A stretch of 64,000 nucleotides of DNA, taken from Kiritimatiellia bacterium (lineage in GTDB: Bacteria; Verrucomicrobiota; Kiritimatiellia; RFP12; UBA1067). Made by a program: the position numbers and the translations under genes. Below are positions 50,416-58,458 of this stretch, one piece after another (the first letter of the stretch is position 1; each line of letters starts with the position of its first letter). The stretch is from assembly GCA_046482825.1 (NCBI GenBank), contig JAWOEI010000028.1, positions 9,508-73,507 on the forward strand, in the 5' to 3' direction. The notes under the pieces are model-generated. The model worked only from the letters and a program-made list of their open reading frames with translations, ran no database searches and was not told the DNA's origin.

Positions 50416-51771
50416 ATGGCTCAGGCTGTTATATTTCCGAAACTCGGACAAACTATGGAAGAGGGAGCCATTGTAAAATGGCTGAAGAACGAAGGTGATG
50501 TCATAAAAAAGGGTGACATCCTTTTTGAGATAGAAACCGACAAAGCCAACCTTGAGGTGGAAACCTTTCTGGAAGGCACTCTGCTGAAAATTTATGTGCG
50601 CGAGGGCGTCACCGTACCGGTTGACACTGTTGTAGGCTACATAGGGGAAAAAGGCGAAAAGGTTCCAGATGAACCGCCGAAACCTGAAACACCTGCCGCA
50701 CCGCCGCCTCCGGCCAGCAAACCGCCTGAAGCCGCAAATCCGGAAAAAAAAGCTCCCGCACCTGCACCTGCTCCCGAACCTGCACCGGCAAAGACAGCTC
50801 CCGCGCCTGCACCGGCAGCCCCCGAACAGAAAAAGTTGCTTATCTCACCGCGTGCACGGGCTCTGGCAAAAAGGGCTTGTATTGATCCCGCCCCCGTCAA
50901 AGGTTCCGGACCAGGCGGTCGAATTGTTGAAAAGGATGTCAAAGCATATCTGGAGAGCTCCGGTTACAACAATCTGCGTGTCACACCGGCAGCCAGACGC
51001 CTGGCTTTGATCCACGGCATCAACCTGCTCAGCGTCCGGGGATCCGGCGAAGCCAACCGTATCCAGACCGATGATATAAAACGCGCCCTAAGGCAGAAAC
51101 CGGTGGCGATGTCGCGTATGCGTCAGGTCATTGCAAAACGCCTGCAGGAAAGCAAACAGACTATCCCCCATTTTTACGTAACCGTCAAAGCAGACATCAC
51201 GGAACTCGTCAAATACCGTTCCCGCCTAAAAGAGCAGGAACTGGGTTACAGCATAAACGACTTTATTCTTGAAGCTGTTGTGCTCTCGTTGGAGGAATTT
51301 CCTGTGGTTAATTCCACAACCGACGGACAATCTGTTTCCTGGTGCGGTGATGTGAATCTGGGCATGGCGGTCAGCGTTGAAAAAGGACTGGTTGTCCCTG
51401 TAATCCCTGCGGCACAGACTCTCACAATGAGCGAGTTGAACGCCCGAACCAGAGCACTAGCGGTAAAAGCACGTGAAGGCAATCTGACACCGGATGAAAT
51501 GACCGGCAGTTCCTTCACGGTTTCAAACATGGGGATGATGGAGGTTGATCAGTTCTCCGCCATAATCAACCCCGGTGAAGCTGGCATCCTGGCCGTTGCA
51601 TCCGGTCGCGAAGTTCCCGCTGTGGTCAACGGCGAAATCAGAATCAGAACCATAATGGCTATGACTCTCTCGGCCGATCACAGGATTGTAGATGGCGCAA
51701 CTGCAGCTGAATTCATCAATGCAGTCAAAGACAAGCTCGAGGATATCGAACTTTGGAAATCACTGATTTAA
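50416..51771 (+). CDS. Dihydrolipoamide acyltransferase (E2 component of a 2-oxoacid dehydrogenase complex)
   Basis: 451 aa. Lipoyl domain (ETDKA), Ala/Pro linker, E3-binding domain (SPRARALAK...GSGPGGRI) and a catalytic domain with DHRIVDGA. Confidence 0.9.
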   Translation: MAQAVIFPKLGQTMEEGAIVKWLKNEGDVIKKGDILFEIETDKANLEVETFLEGTLLKIYVREGVTVPVDTVVGYIGEKGEKVPDEPPKPETPAAPPPPASKPPEAANPEKKAPAPAPAPEPAPAKTAPAPAPAAPEQKKLLISPRARALAKRACIDPAPVKGSGPGGRIVEKDVKAYLESSGYNNLRVTPAARRLALIHGINLLSVRGSGEANRIQTDDIKRALRQKPVAMSRMRQVIAKRLQESKQTIPHFYVTVKADITELVKYRSRLKEQELGYSINDFILEAVVLSLEEFPVVNSTTDGQSVSWCGDVNLGMAVSVEKGLVVPVIPAAQTLTMSELNARTRALAVKAREGNLTPDEMTGSSFTVSNMGMMEVDQFSAIINPGEAGILAVASGREVPAVVNGEIRIRTIMAMTLSADHRIVDGATAAEFINAVKDKLEDIELWKSLI

Positions 51772-51778
51772 GTATAAT

Positions 51779-51893
51779 CACGGAACACACTGAAGCACAC
51801 GGAATAGAATCTTTTATTCTATACGGACAATCCTGTTATCCTGTCTGAAAAACTACGCAGCAATAATCTCTGTGCTTTTTGTGTTCTCTGTGG
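51779..51893. repeat. Imperfect palindromic intergenic element, copy E (CACAC/GTGTG variant)
   Basis: Left arm CACGGAACACACTGAAGCACACGGA (51779-51803) against right arm TCTCTGTGCTTTTTGTGTTCTCTGTGG (51867-51893). About 19 positions are complementary, more if G-U pairs are allowed. It lies between the E2 and E3 genes. Confidence 0.55.
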
Positions 51894-51923
51894 TTAATTA
51901 AAAATAATTTAAGAGGAAAAACC

Positions 51924-53309
51924 ATGAACGACTATGATGTAATTGTAATCGGTGCCGGTCCCGGGGGCTATCCCGCCGCGATACGTTCAGCACAGCTGGG
52001 AAAAAAAACAGCCGTAATTGAGAAAGAAGCCTATGGGGGCACCTGTCTAAACTGGGGATGCATACCTACCAAAACCCTGATTGCCTCTGCTGAACGCTAT
52101 CTTCAGACAAAAGAGAGTGAAAAGCTGGGAGTTTCGTCCGGCCGCGTATCTTTTGATTATGCCGCCATGATCAAACGCAAGGGAGAAATTGTCAGAAAGC
52201 TGACCGGCGGCGTTCAGATGCTGTTGAAATCCAACGGTGTGGATATGATCAATGGCACCGCACGTTTTGAAGGTCCCAGCCGCCTGTCAGTTCAGCAACC
52301 GGACGGCACAACGCGATGGCTGAGTGCATCCTCCGTAATCATTGCGTCCGGTAGCAGCTCAGCCATGCCCGGTTTTCTGCCAAAAAGCAAGCTGGTAATG
52401 GAAAGCCGCGCGTTTCTCGATCTTAAAGAACTTCCGAAGAGACTGCTGGTTCTCGGCGGAGGAGTAATAGGATGCGAATTCGCCTGCATGGCAGCTGCAC
52501 TCGGCACTGAGGTAACCATAGTTGAAATGCTTGACGACATACTGACAGTGCTCGACCGTGATGTCCGCCGCATTCTGCAGAAACGCATGAATGATATAGG
52601 CATAAAAATCATGACCGGAGCCCCTCTCTCAGATATCAAGGCGGATAAAAGCGGTGTATCCGGCATGGTCAACGGAAAAAAAGTCTCTGCCGACGCAATG
52701 CTCGTATCAATAGGACGCGTCCCCAACACCGCAGAACTTGAGCTTGAACGCGCCGGAGTAAAAGTTGAAAAGAACGGCACAATACAGGTAAACAGCCAGT
52801 GCCGCACAAATACAGCATCAATCTATGCTGTCGGCGATGTTGTCGCCGGTTCAATCCAGTTGGCCCATGCAGCCACCCAGCAAGGCATTACAGCGGCTGA
52901 GGCTGTCGCTGGAATAAAATCAAAAATTGAAAAAGTATGCCCTTCCTGCATATTCACAATGCCGGAGGTGGGACTGGCCGGTATTTCCGAGGAACAGGCC
53001 GGAACAGAAGGCATTGAAGTCCAAACGGGAATCTTCCCCTTTGCCGCTCTCGGCAAAGCAATGGCTGCGGCAGAAACCGACGGTTTTGTCAAGTGGATTG
53101 CTGACGCCGCAACAGGTCAGCTGCTCGGAGCCCAGGCGGTTGGATTACATGCGACCGATCTTATATCCGAAGCTGCTGTAGCCATCCGCAATGAGCTGAC
53201 AATAGACGAAATAGGCAACACAATACACTGTCATCCGACAATGTCTGAAGCCTGGATGGAAGCTGCGCACGCCTGGCATGGCAGGTCCATTCACATGCCG
53301 AAACGCTGA
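51924..53309 (+). CDS. lpdA: Dihydrolipoyl dehydrogenase (E3)
   Basis: VIGAGPGGY, redox-active GGTCLNWGCIPTK and a C-terminal HPT...E interface motif. Start at ATG 51924 with an AAGAGGAAAA ribosome-binding site. Confidence 0.9.
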   Translation: MNDYDVIVIGAGPGGYPAAIRSAQLGKKTAVIEKEAYGGTCLNWGCIPTKTLIASAERYLQTKESEKLGVSSGRVSFDYAAMIKRKGEIVRKLTGGVQMLLKSNGVDMINGTARFEGPSRLSVQQPDGTTRWLSASSVIIASGSSSAMPGFLPKSKLVMESRAFLDLKELPKRLLVLGGGVIGCEFACMAAALGTEVTIVEMLDDILTVLDRDVRRILQKRMNDIGIKIMTGAPLSDIKADKSGVSGMVNGKKVSADAMLVSIGRVPNTAELELERAGVKVEKNGTIQVNSQCRTNTASIYAVGDVVAGSIQLAHAATQQGITAAEAVAGIKSKIEKVCPSCIFTMPEVGLAGISEEQAGTEGIEVQTGIFPFAALGKAMAAAETDGFVKWIADAATGQLLGAQAVGLHATDLISEAAVAIRNELTIDEIGNTIHCHPTMSEAWMEAAHAWHGRSIHMPKR

Positions 53310-53396
53310 GCGTTCCGGCATCAGGCCTTTCACCCAAGGGCAAAACCGAAATGCAGGTGCCCGGCGGATTTTTAACGGGTCCGCCGCTCCTGCACG

Positions 53397-54110
53397 TTGA
53401 TAACTTCATCAGTCTTAATTTCAACTGCGAATCATGCGGATCAGCATGAATTGATAACAAGTGTGAAAATCAGAGATATACCAGCAGTCAACAAGGCGTT
53501 GAAAAAAGAGTTTGAAACCAACCGGGCCCCTGTCATAGATCTCGTCGCTATACAGACCGGAGACCCCTTCATGGTGCTTGTCGGCACCATTCTCAGTGCC
53601 CGCACCAAGGACGCCTGTACCGCAGCCGCCTGCGACCGACTTTTCAAAAAAATGACCACACCTGACAGTCTTGAAAAGATTTCACAGAAAGAACTCGAAA
53701 AAACAATTTATCCTGTCGGTTTCTATCGCGACAAAGCCCGCCATCTCAAAGAACTTCCCGATGTATTGCGTAGCAAATTCAACGGAATCATACCCGACAC
53801 CGTTGAAGAACTCTGCGAGCTGCCCGGTGTCGGGCGAAAGACAGCCAATCTGGTGGTGGCTCTGGGTTTTAAAAAACCAGCTGTCTGCGTAGATGTTCAT
53901 GTTCACCGCATCTGTAACCGTCTGGGTCTGCTGAAAACAAAAAAACCATACGACACCGAAATGAAACTCCGCAAAATCCTGCCCGAACGGTATTGGATCA
54001 CATGGAACTCATACCTTGTCTCCTTCGGCCAGACCCGCTGCTCTCCCCGTAAGCCCGAGTGCCGGGACTGCCCGATCAAGCCGTACTGCGACTTCGGAAA
54101 AACTTTTTAA
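53397..54110 (+). CDS. nth: Endonuclease III (HhH-GPD DNA glycosylase with a 4Fe-4S cluster)
   Basis: HhH LPGVGRKTANLV and the cluster CSPRKPECRDCPIKPYC. The start is uncertain: TTG 53397 or GTG 53463. Confidence 0.85.
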   Translation: MITSSVLISTANHADQHELITSVKIRDIPAVNKALKKEFETNRAPVIDLVAIQTGDPFMVLVGTILSARTKDACTAAACDRLFKKMTTPDSLEKISQKELEKTIYPVGFYRDKARHLKELPDVLRSKFNGIIPDTVEELCELPGVGRKTANLVVALGFKKPAVCVDVHVHRICNRLGLLKTKKPYDTEMKLRKILPERYWITWNSYLVSFGQTRCSPRKPECRDCPIKPYCDFGKTF

Positions 54111-54251
54111 CAGATTAACCGGTCATTAATATTGACGTGTATTATAATAAAAATATAAGTTTATATATTTATACATTTGCCGGACAATCGTTGCAGTAGC
54201 ATGCGCCTCTCCCGCAAATGCGTATACGCGTCAACCTAAGCTGAAAAATGT

Positions 54252-54384
54252 CCGAGGTCACGGACCTCGGCTACAGGAAAACACCTTTAAAAAGGTCGTT
54301 CATGTCCTGTAGGGCGGGGACCGTGACCCCGCCAGGCATGTCCTGTAGGGCGGGGGCCGTGACCCCGCCAGGCTACAGGAAAAC
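54252..54384. repeat. Cluster of GC-rich REP-like hairpins, including a 36-nt tandem duplication
   Basis: Hairpin CCGAGGTC-ACG-GACCTCGG at 54252-54270. Two 36-nt units (54301-54336 and 54337-54372) differ at one base, and each contains GGCGGGG-N7-CCCCGCC. Direct repeats GGCTACAGGAAAAC occur at 54269-54282 and 54371-54384, with inverted CCTGTAG/CTACAGG motifs. Confidence 0.85.
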
Positions 54385-54453
54385 GCGTGTAATTCCTGTT
54401 TTTTATGCCGTAAATTAAGTGCCAAACACCTGAAGCTACAGTATTTTCAGAAA

Positions 54454-55071
54454 ATGAAGAAATATCATTCAATAGCGGTCACTATCGTATTTCTCACAGG
54501 TTTTTGCCATGCAGAAAACCTTATTAATCAGAAAAAAAGCACGCTGGATGCGGATGGAAAGACTGCATGGTACAGCGGCAAAGTTCTGCCGATTGAAGGC
54601 AAGGCGTTCAGCGATACATAACAATACTACGACCGTCTGCCGACCCGGGCCGGAGAAAGTGTACCCGGACCTGTATGGAATCTGAGCCATCATTCAGCCG
54701 GAATGGCGCTACACTTTGTTTCCGACGGAGGATCATTCAGAATTAAGTGGGTGCTCAAAAACAAACATCTGTCCAAAAGACACATGCTGGCTACCGGTGT
54801 CAGCGGAATTGATATCTACAGTAGAACCCCGGAAGGATGGCGCTTTGTAAAAAATGGACAAGCTTTAAACATGACCAACGAAATGACTGTATCGATTTCT
54901 CTGAAAAACGAAGATCCTGAATTAGGGAAGAAACTTCATTATCTCAAGGCGGACGAAATGCTGGGACACGATTTTGAAGGCACGGTGGACGGGGTTCACC
55001 CCAACGACATCGGAATGATGCGAATGGGAAAGATTTTCAGCAAAGCGATCAAAGAGATTTTGATCAAGTAG
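54454..55071 (+). pseudogene. Decayed SGNH/GDSL-type esterase gene (in-frame stop plus loss of the catalytic core)
   Basis: The ATG at 54454 encodes a signal-like MKKYHSIAVTIVFLTGFCHA. An in-frame TAA sits at 54619-54621. The same frame continues through YDRLP...VWNLSHHSAGMALHF...GIDIY (GxDLY-type N-domain) and then jumps to the C-terminal DGVHPNDIGMMRM block, without the Ser-containing GDS block. Confidence 0.6.
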
Positions 55072-55225
55072 GCGTTGTGCAGCAAGAACTTTGCCCCGCA
55101 TCTTTTCATCCATAGATTGCCGAAATAAACAATTTTTCTATCCTGTCAATCTGTGGATAGTCAACAACACGCACCGAATGTCTCTCTGATTGACAACAGA
55201 CTCGAAAATATGTTCAAATGCATCC

Positions 55226-56593
55226 ATGACCATTGCTGTCTCATTCTGTTTTCTCTGTTTGTTTGTTTTCATCGGTTCGTACCTGCGCATGCGGATACCG
55301 CTTTTTCACAAACTCTACATACCGTCAGCGGTTATTTCCGGCATCACGGCACTCGTAGTCATACAGACAAGCAGATCCATCGGACTTCCTCTTCCCGAGG
55401 CCTGCACCGCAGGATGGTCAAAAATCCCGGGCTTTTTGATCAACATTGTTTTCGCATCTCTTTTTCTCGGCGTAAAACTGCCGCGCTTCAGAACTCTAGG
55501 TAAAAGGGCCGGAATGCAGCTTGCATACGGACAGATACTCGTCTGGGGACAATATCTGCTTGCATCGCTGGCAGTTCTATTGGTGCTCGGAAAAATGTTC
55601 GACTTACCCGATACATTCGCAGGTGTTCTGCCTGTAGGATTCGAAGGAGGACACGGCACCGCCGCAGGTCTTAAGGATGTTTTTATTCAGATAGGATGGG
55701 CTGAAGGCTGTGATTTCGCACTCACAAGCGCCACTATAGGAGTGCTGAGCGCAATCATAACCGGCATGATACTGATCAATTACGCTGCACGCAAAGGATA
55801 TATAACGCATCCACAGAGCACCCTTGATGCTGAAAAAGAGCAGACAGTCAGGGGCATTCATCCTTTGGACATACGTCCTGAAGCAGGACGACTCACCATC
55901 AAGACCGATGCGCTTGACTCCTTCAGCTTTCATCTTTGCATAGCCGGACTGGCAATAGGCATAGGGATCCTGCTCAAAACAGCACTGGTACATCTGGAAA
56001 GTTGCAATGCGTTTCTCAGCCGGAATGAACTGCTCCAGAGCTTTCCGCTTTTCCCCCTCTGTATGCTGGGCGGTTTAATCATACAGATACTGGAAACAAA
56101 ATTTGACAAACACCATCTAATAGACGAAGGTCTGATGAAAAGGATTCAAAATACATCGCTTGATTTTCTGATTGTCGCCGCCATTGCAACTATAAGACTG
56201 GATGTTGTGCTCAACGGCATTGTTCCGCTGCTCATACTGGCCGCTCTCGGAATAGCCTGGAATGTCTTCTGTCTTCTCTTCCTGGCACCGCGCGTATTTA
56301 AAACCGCATGGTTTGAAAAAGCAATAGCGGAACTGGGGCAGTCTATGGGCGTTACCGCCTCGGGACTTCTGCTGCTGCGGGTAGCGGATCCTCACTACAA
56401 AACCGATGCGGCCGATTCTTTTGCCGCCAAACAGCTGCTTCACGAACCCTTCATGGGAGGCGGGCTATGGACAGGCATGGCCATTCCTCTGATGGCTAAA
56501 GTCGGTATTATGCCTATAATCTTTATATCCAGTAGCGCAATTGCGATGTGGCTGCTGTTTATTAGCGCTGTGCGAATAACAAAAAGGGCATGA
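55226..56593 (+). CDS. gltS: Sodium/glutamate symporter GltS family
   Basis: About 455 aa polytopic membrane protein with the GltS-like GFEGGHGTAAG motif. The start is uncertain: ATG 55226, against the track start at 55190. Confidence 0.8.
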   Translation: MTIAVSFCFLCLFVFIGSYLRMRIPLFHKLYIPSAVISGITALVVIQTSRSIGLPLPEACTAGWSKIPGFLINIVFASLFLGVKLPRFRTLGKRAGMQLAYGQILVWGQYLLASLAVLLVLGKMFDLPDTFAGVLPVGFEGGHGTAAGLKDVFIQIGWAEGCDFALTSATIGVLSAIITGMILINYAARKGYITHPQSTLDAEKEQTVRGIHPLDIRPEAGRLTIKTDALDSFSFHLCIAGLAIGIGILLKTALVHLESCNAFLSRNELLQSFPLFPLCMLGGLIIQILETKFDKHHLIDEGLMKRIQNTSLDFLIVAAIATIRLDVVLNGIVPLLILAALGIAWNVFCLLFLAPRVFKTAWFEKAIAELGQSMGVTASGLLLLRVADPHYKTDAADSFAAKQLLHEPFMGGGLWTGMAIPLMAKVGIMPIIFISSSAIAMWLLFISAVRITKRA

Positions 56594-56749
56594 AGCGGCT
56601 GCGGGAATTGCAGACCGAAGCCTTGACGAAGGCGCATGCAGTACGGGCTTCAGCCTGCGGAATGCAATGCGGCAAAAAAATGCCGATCAAGTCATTTTCA
56701 ACTTTAAATTAACCCGCCACTGATATATTCTATAGCCGTCTTTTCAAGT

Positions 56750-56826
<77 letters not shown>

Positions 56827-56834
56827 TTTCCGCT

Positions 56835-56969
56835 TTAACAACATTGCCTTCTTTTGCAGTAGTTTGAATTCATCAAAGCACTGAGCTTTTCTTCGTCCAG
56901 GCCGAAAGTTTCAACAACAGCGGCAATCTCGCGGTTTTTCGCCTTGGTCTGGTATTCTGTAATATAATC
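56835..56969 (-). pseudogene. Possible 44-codon C-terminal gene remnant between tRNA-Arg and the IS
   Basis: The minus-strand frame reads DYITEYQTKAKNREIAAVVETFGLDEEKLSALMNSNYCKRRQCC-stop. The composition is protein-like, there is no start codon and it is bounded upstream by TAG. Any resemblance to helicase/restriction-subunit C-termini is only a recollection. Confidence 0.2.
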
Positions 56970-57047
56970 CTAAACTGCGCTTTCCCCCAATAATCGGACA
57001 ACTGTCTTAAGTGGAATCTGCGTCCAATAAATGATACAAAAGGACGC

Positions 57048-57347
57048 ATGGAAATGAAACGGAAAAGACGAGCATTCACTGAGCAATTCAAGGCGGTCGT
57101 CGCGCTTGAGGCATTGAAAGAGGTAAAAACATTATCCGAGCTGGCCACAGAATATAAAGTTCATCCGAACCAGATCTCGGCATGGAAAAAGCAGCTTCTT
57201 AATCATGTCCCGAATATTTTTGAATCCGGCAAGGCGAAAGCAGGTAAGAGCGAAGAAGAGTTGACCGCTCCGCTTTATGAGGAGATCGGCCGCCTGAAGA
57301 TGGACATCAAGTGGCTAAAAAAAAAGCTGGGGCCATTCCAGGACTGA
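57048..57347 (+). CDS. IS3-family transposase OrfA (HTH)
   Basis: 99 aa, MEMKRKRRAFTEQFKAVVALEALKEVKTLSELATEYKVHPNQISAWKKQL, followed by a leucine-zipper-like C-terminus. Confidence 0.9.
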   Translation: MEMKRKRRAFTEQFKAVVALEALKEVKTLSELATEYKVHPNQISAWKKQLLNHVPNIFESGKAKAGKSEEELTAPLYEEIGRLKMDIKWLKKKLGPFQD

Positions 57348-58165
57348 TGCGCCGAAACTGGGTGGAGAGGAACAAGAAATACTCGATTCGGAGGCAATGC
57401 GATCTGGCGGGTGTTTCCCGATCCACCTTCTATCACGCACCTGTTGTGGAAAGCGAAAAGAATCTGCGGATCATGCGATTGATTGACGAACAGTACTTGC
57501 TGAACCCTGAATACGGGTCGCCCCGGATGACTGACTGGCTCCGTGACAATGGCTGGAAGGTTAACCATAAACGGGTTGAAAGGCTGATGAGGGTTATGGG
57601 GATACAGGCGATTACACCGGGACCTCATACAAGCACCCCTTGCCCCGGACATAAAATATACCCCTACCTGCTCAGGGACCTTGAGATAACGAGAGTGAAC
57701 CAGGTGTGGGGTACAGATATCACGTATATACCAATGAAATCGGGCTTTCTCTACCTTGCTGCCGTGATTGACTGGTTTAGCAGGTATGTACTTGCCTGGG
57801 AGTTGTCGAACACTCTTGAGAGTTCGTTCTGTATTAACGCGCTTAACAGCGCTCTGAGAACAGGGACGCCGGATATCTTCAACAGTGATCAGGGATCACA
57901 GTTCACCAGTGAAGAGTTTACATCGGTGCTTCTCGGCAGGAAAATACAGATCAGCATGGATGGCCGGGGAAGAGCCCTGGATAATGTGTTCACTGAAAGG
58001 CTCTGGTGGTCAGTGAAATATGAGAACGTATACCCCAACTGTTACAGCACTGGGCGTGCACTGGCTTACGGACTGAAAAATTACTTCGGCTATTATAACG
58101 ATGAGCGCAAACACTCATCTCTCGGGAAGAAAACCCCGGCGGAAATTTACTATGCAGGCATTTAA
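57311..58165 (+). CDS. IS3-family transposase OrfB (DDE/rve integrase core), expressed as an OrfAB fusion
   Basis: The frame is -1 relative to orfA. DDE residues occur in WGTDITYIP, FNSDQGSQFTS and FTERLWWSVKYE. No independent strong start codon. Confidence 0.9.
   Translation: MAKKKAGAIPGLMRRNWVERNKKYSIRRQCDLAGVSRSTFYHAPVVESEKNLRIMRLIDEQYLLNPEYGSPRMTDWLRDNGWKVNHKRVERLMRVMGIQAITPGPHTSTPCPGHKIYPYLLRDLEITRVNQVWGTDITYIPMKSGFLYLAAVIDWFSRYVLAWELSNTLESSFCINALNSALRTGTPDIFNSDQGSQFTSEEFTSVLLGRKIQISMDGRGRALDNVFTERLWWSVKYENVYPNCYSTGRALAYGLKNYFGYYNDERKHSSLGKKTPAEIYYAGI
57317..57326 (+). promoter_or_regulatory. Programmed -1 ribosomal frameshift site (A AAA AAG in an A9 run)
   Basis: The orfA zero frame reads AAA AAA AAG at 57318-57326. 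A -1 slip gives KKAGAIPGLMRR..., which is the orfB frame. Confidence 0.8.
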
Positions 58166-58226
58166 CCATAAAAAACAAACCCTCTGCTCCCAAACAAGGG
58201 GGGCCAGCCTCCCAGACCCCCCGAGG

Positions 58227-58316
58227 TTTTTCGCATCTGAGGAAGAGGCAAAAAGACCGACGGCTAAAAATATAACCGCCGGCCCACAGGCTCATTGCCT
58301 CTTCCGTGTCTCAGCG
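58227..58316. repeat. Imperfect palindromic element, copy F, inside the 3' non-coding tail of the IS
   Basis: TTTTTCGCATCTGAGGAAGAGGCAA (58227-58251) against TTGCCTCTTCCGTGTCTCAGCG (58295-58316). The innermost 11 bp pair perfectly, and the AT-rich centre contains TAAAAATATAA. Confidence 0.65.
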
Positions 58317-58458
58317 CTCGGGGTGCGCCTCCGCAGAGCCCTGTCCTCTGAAACACAGCTTTATGGTAGCACGGCGGCCCCCTATATGATACAACAATCT
58401 CAGACAGCTGGATCTGGCACCCAGCTATCGACACCCCAAAACCTGACGCAGATTCCAC

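Noticed and set aside
54301-54372. A possible CRISPR array, based on repeated palindromic 36-mers.
   Set aside because: There are only two directly abutting units with no spacers, and no cas genes occur in the window. A REP-like tandem duplication is the simpler reading.
54287-54472. A 61-aa minus-strand ORF (AWRGHGPRPTGHAWRGHGPRPTGH...).
   Set aside because: It is simply the translation of the 36-nt tandem REP-like units.
56873-57148. A 91-aa minus-strand ORF spanning the left IS junction.
   Set aside because: It is antisense to the orfA start and IS end. Its tail outside the IS (FRIILQNTRPRRKTARLPLLLKL...) is not protein-like. The alternative frame 56835-56969 looks more like a true remnant.
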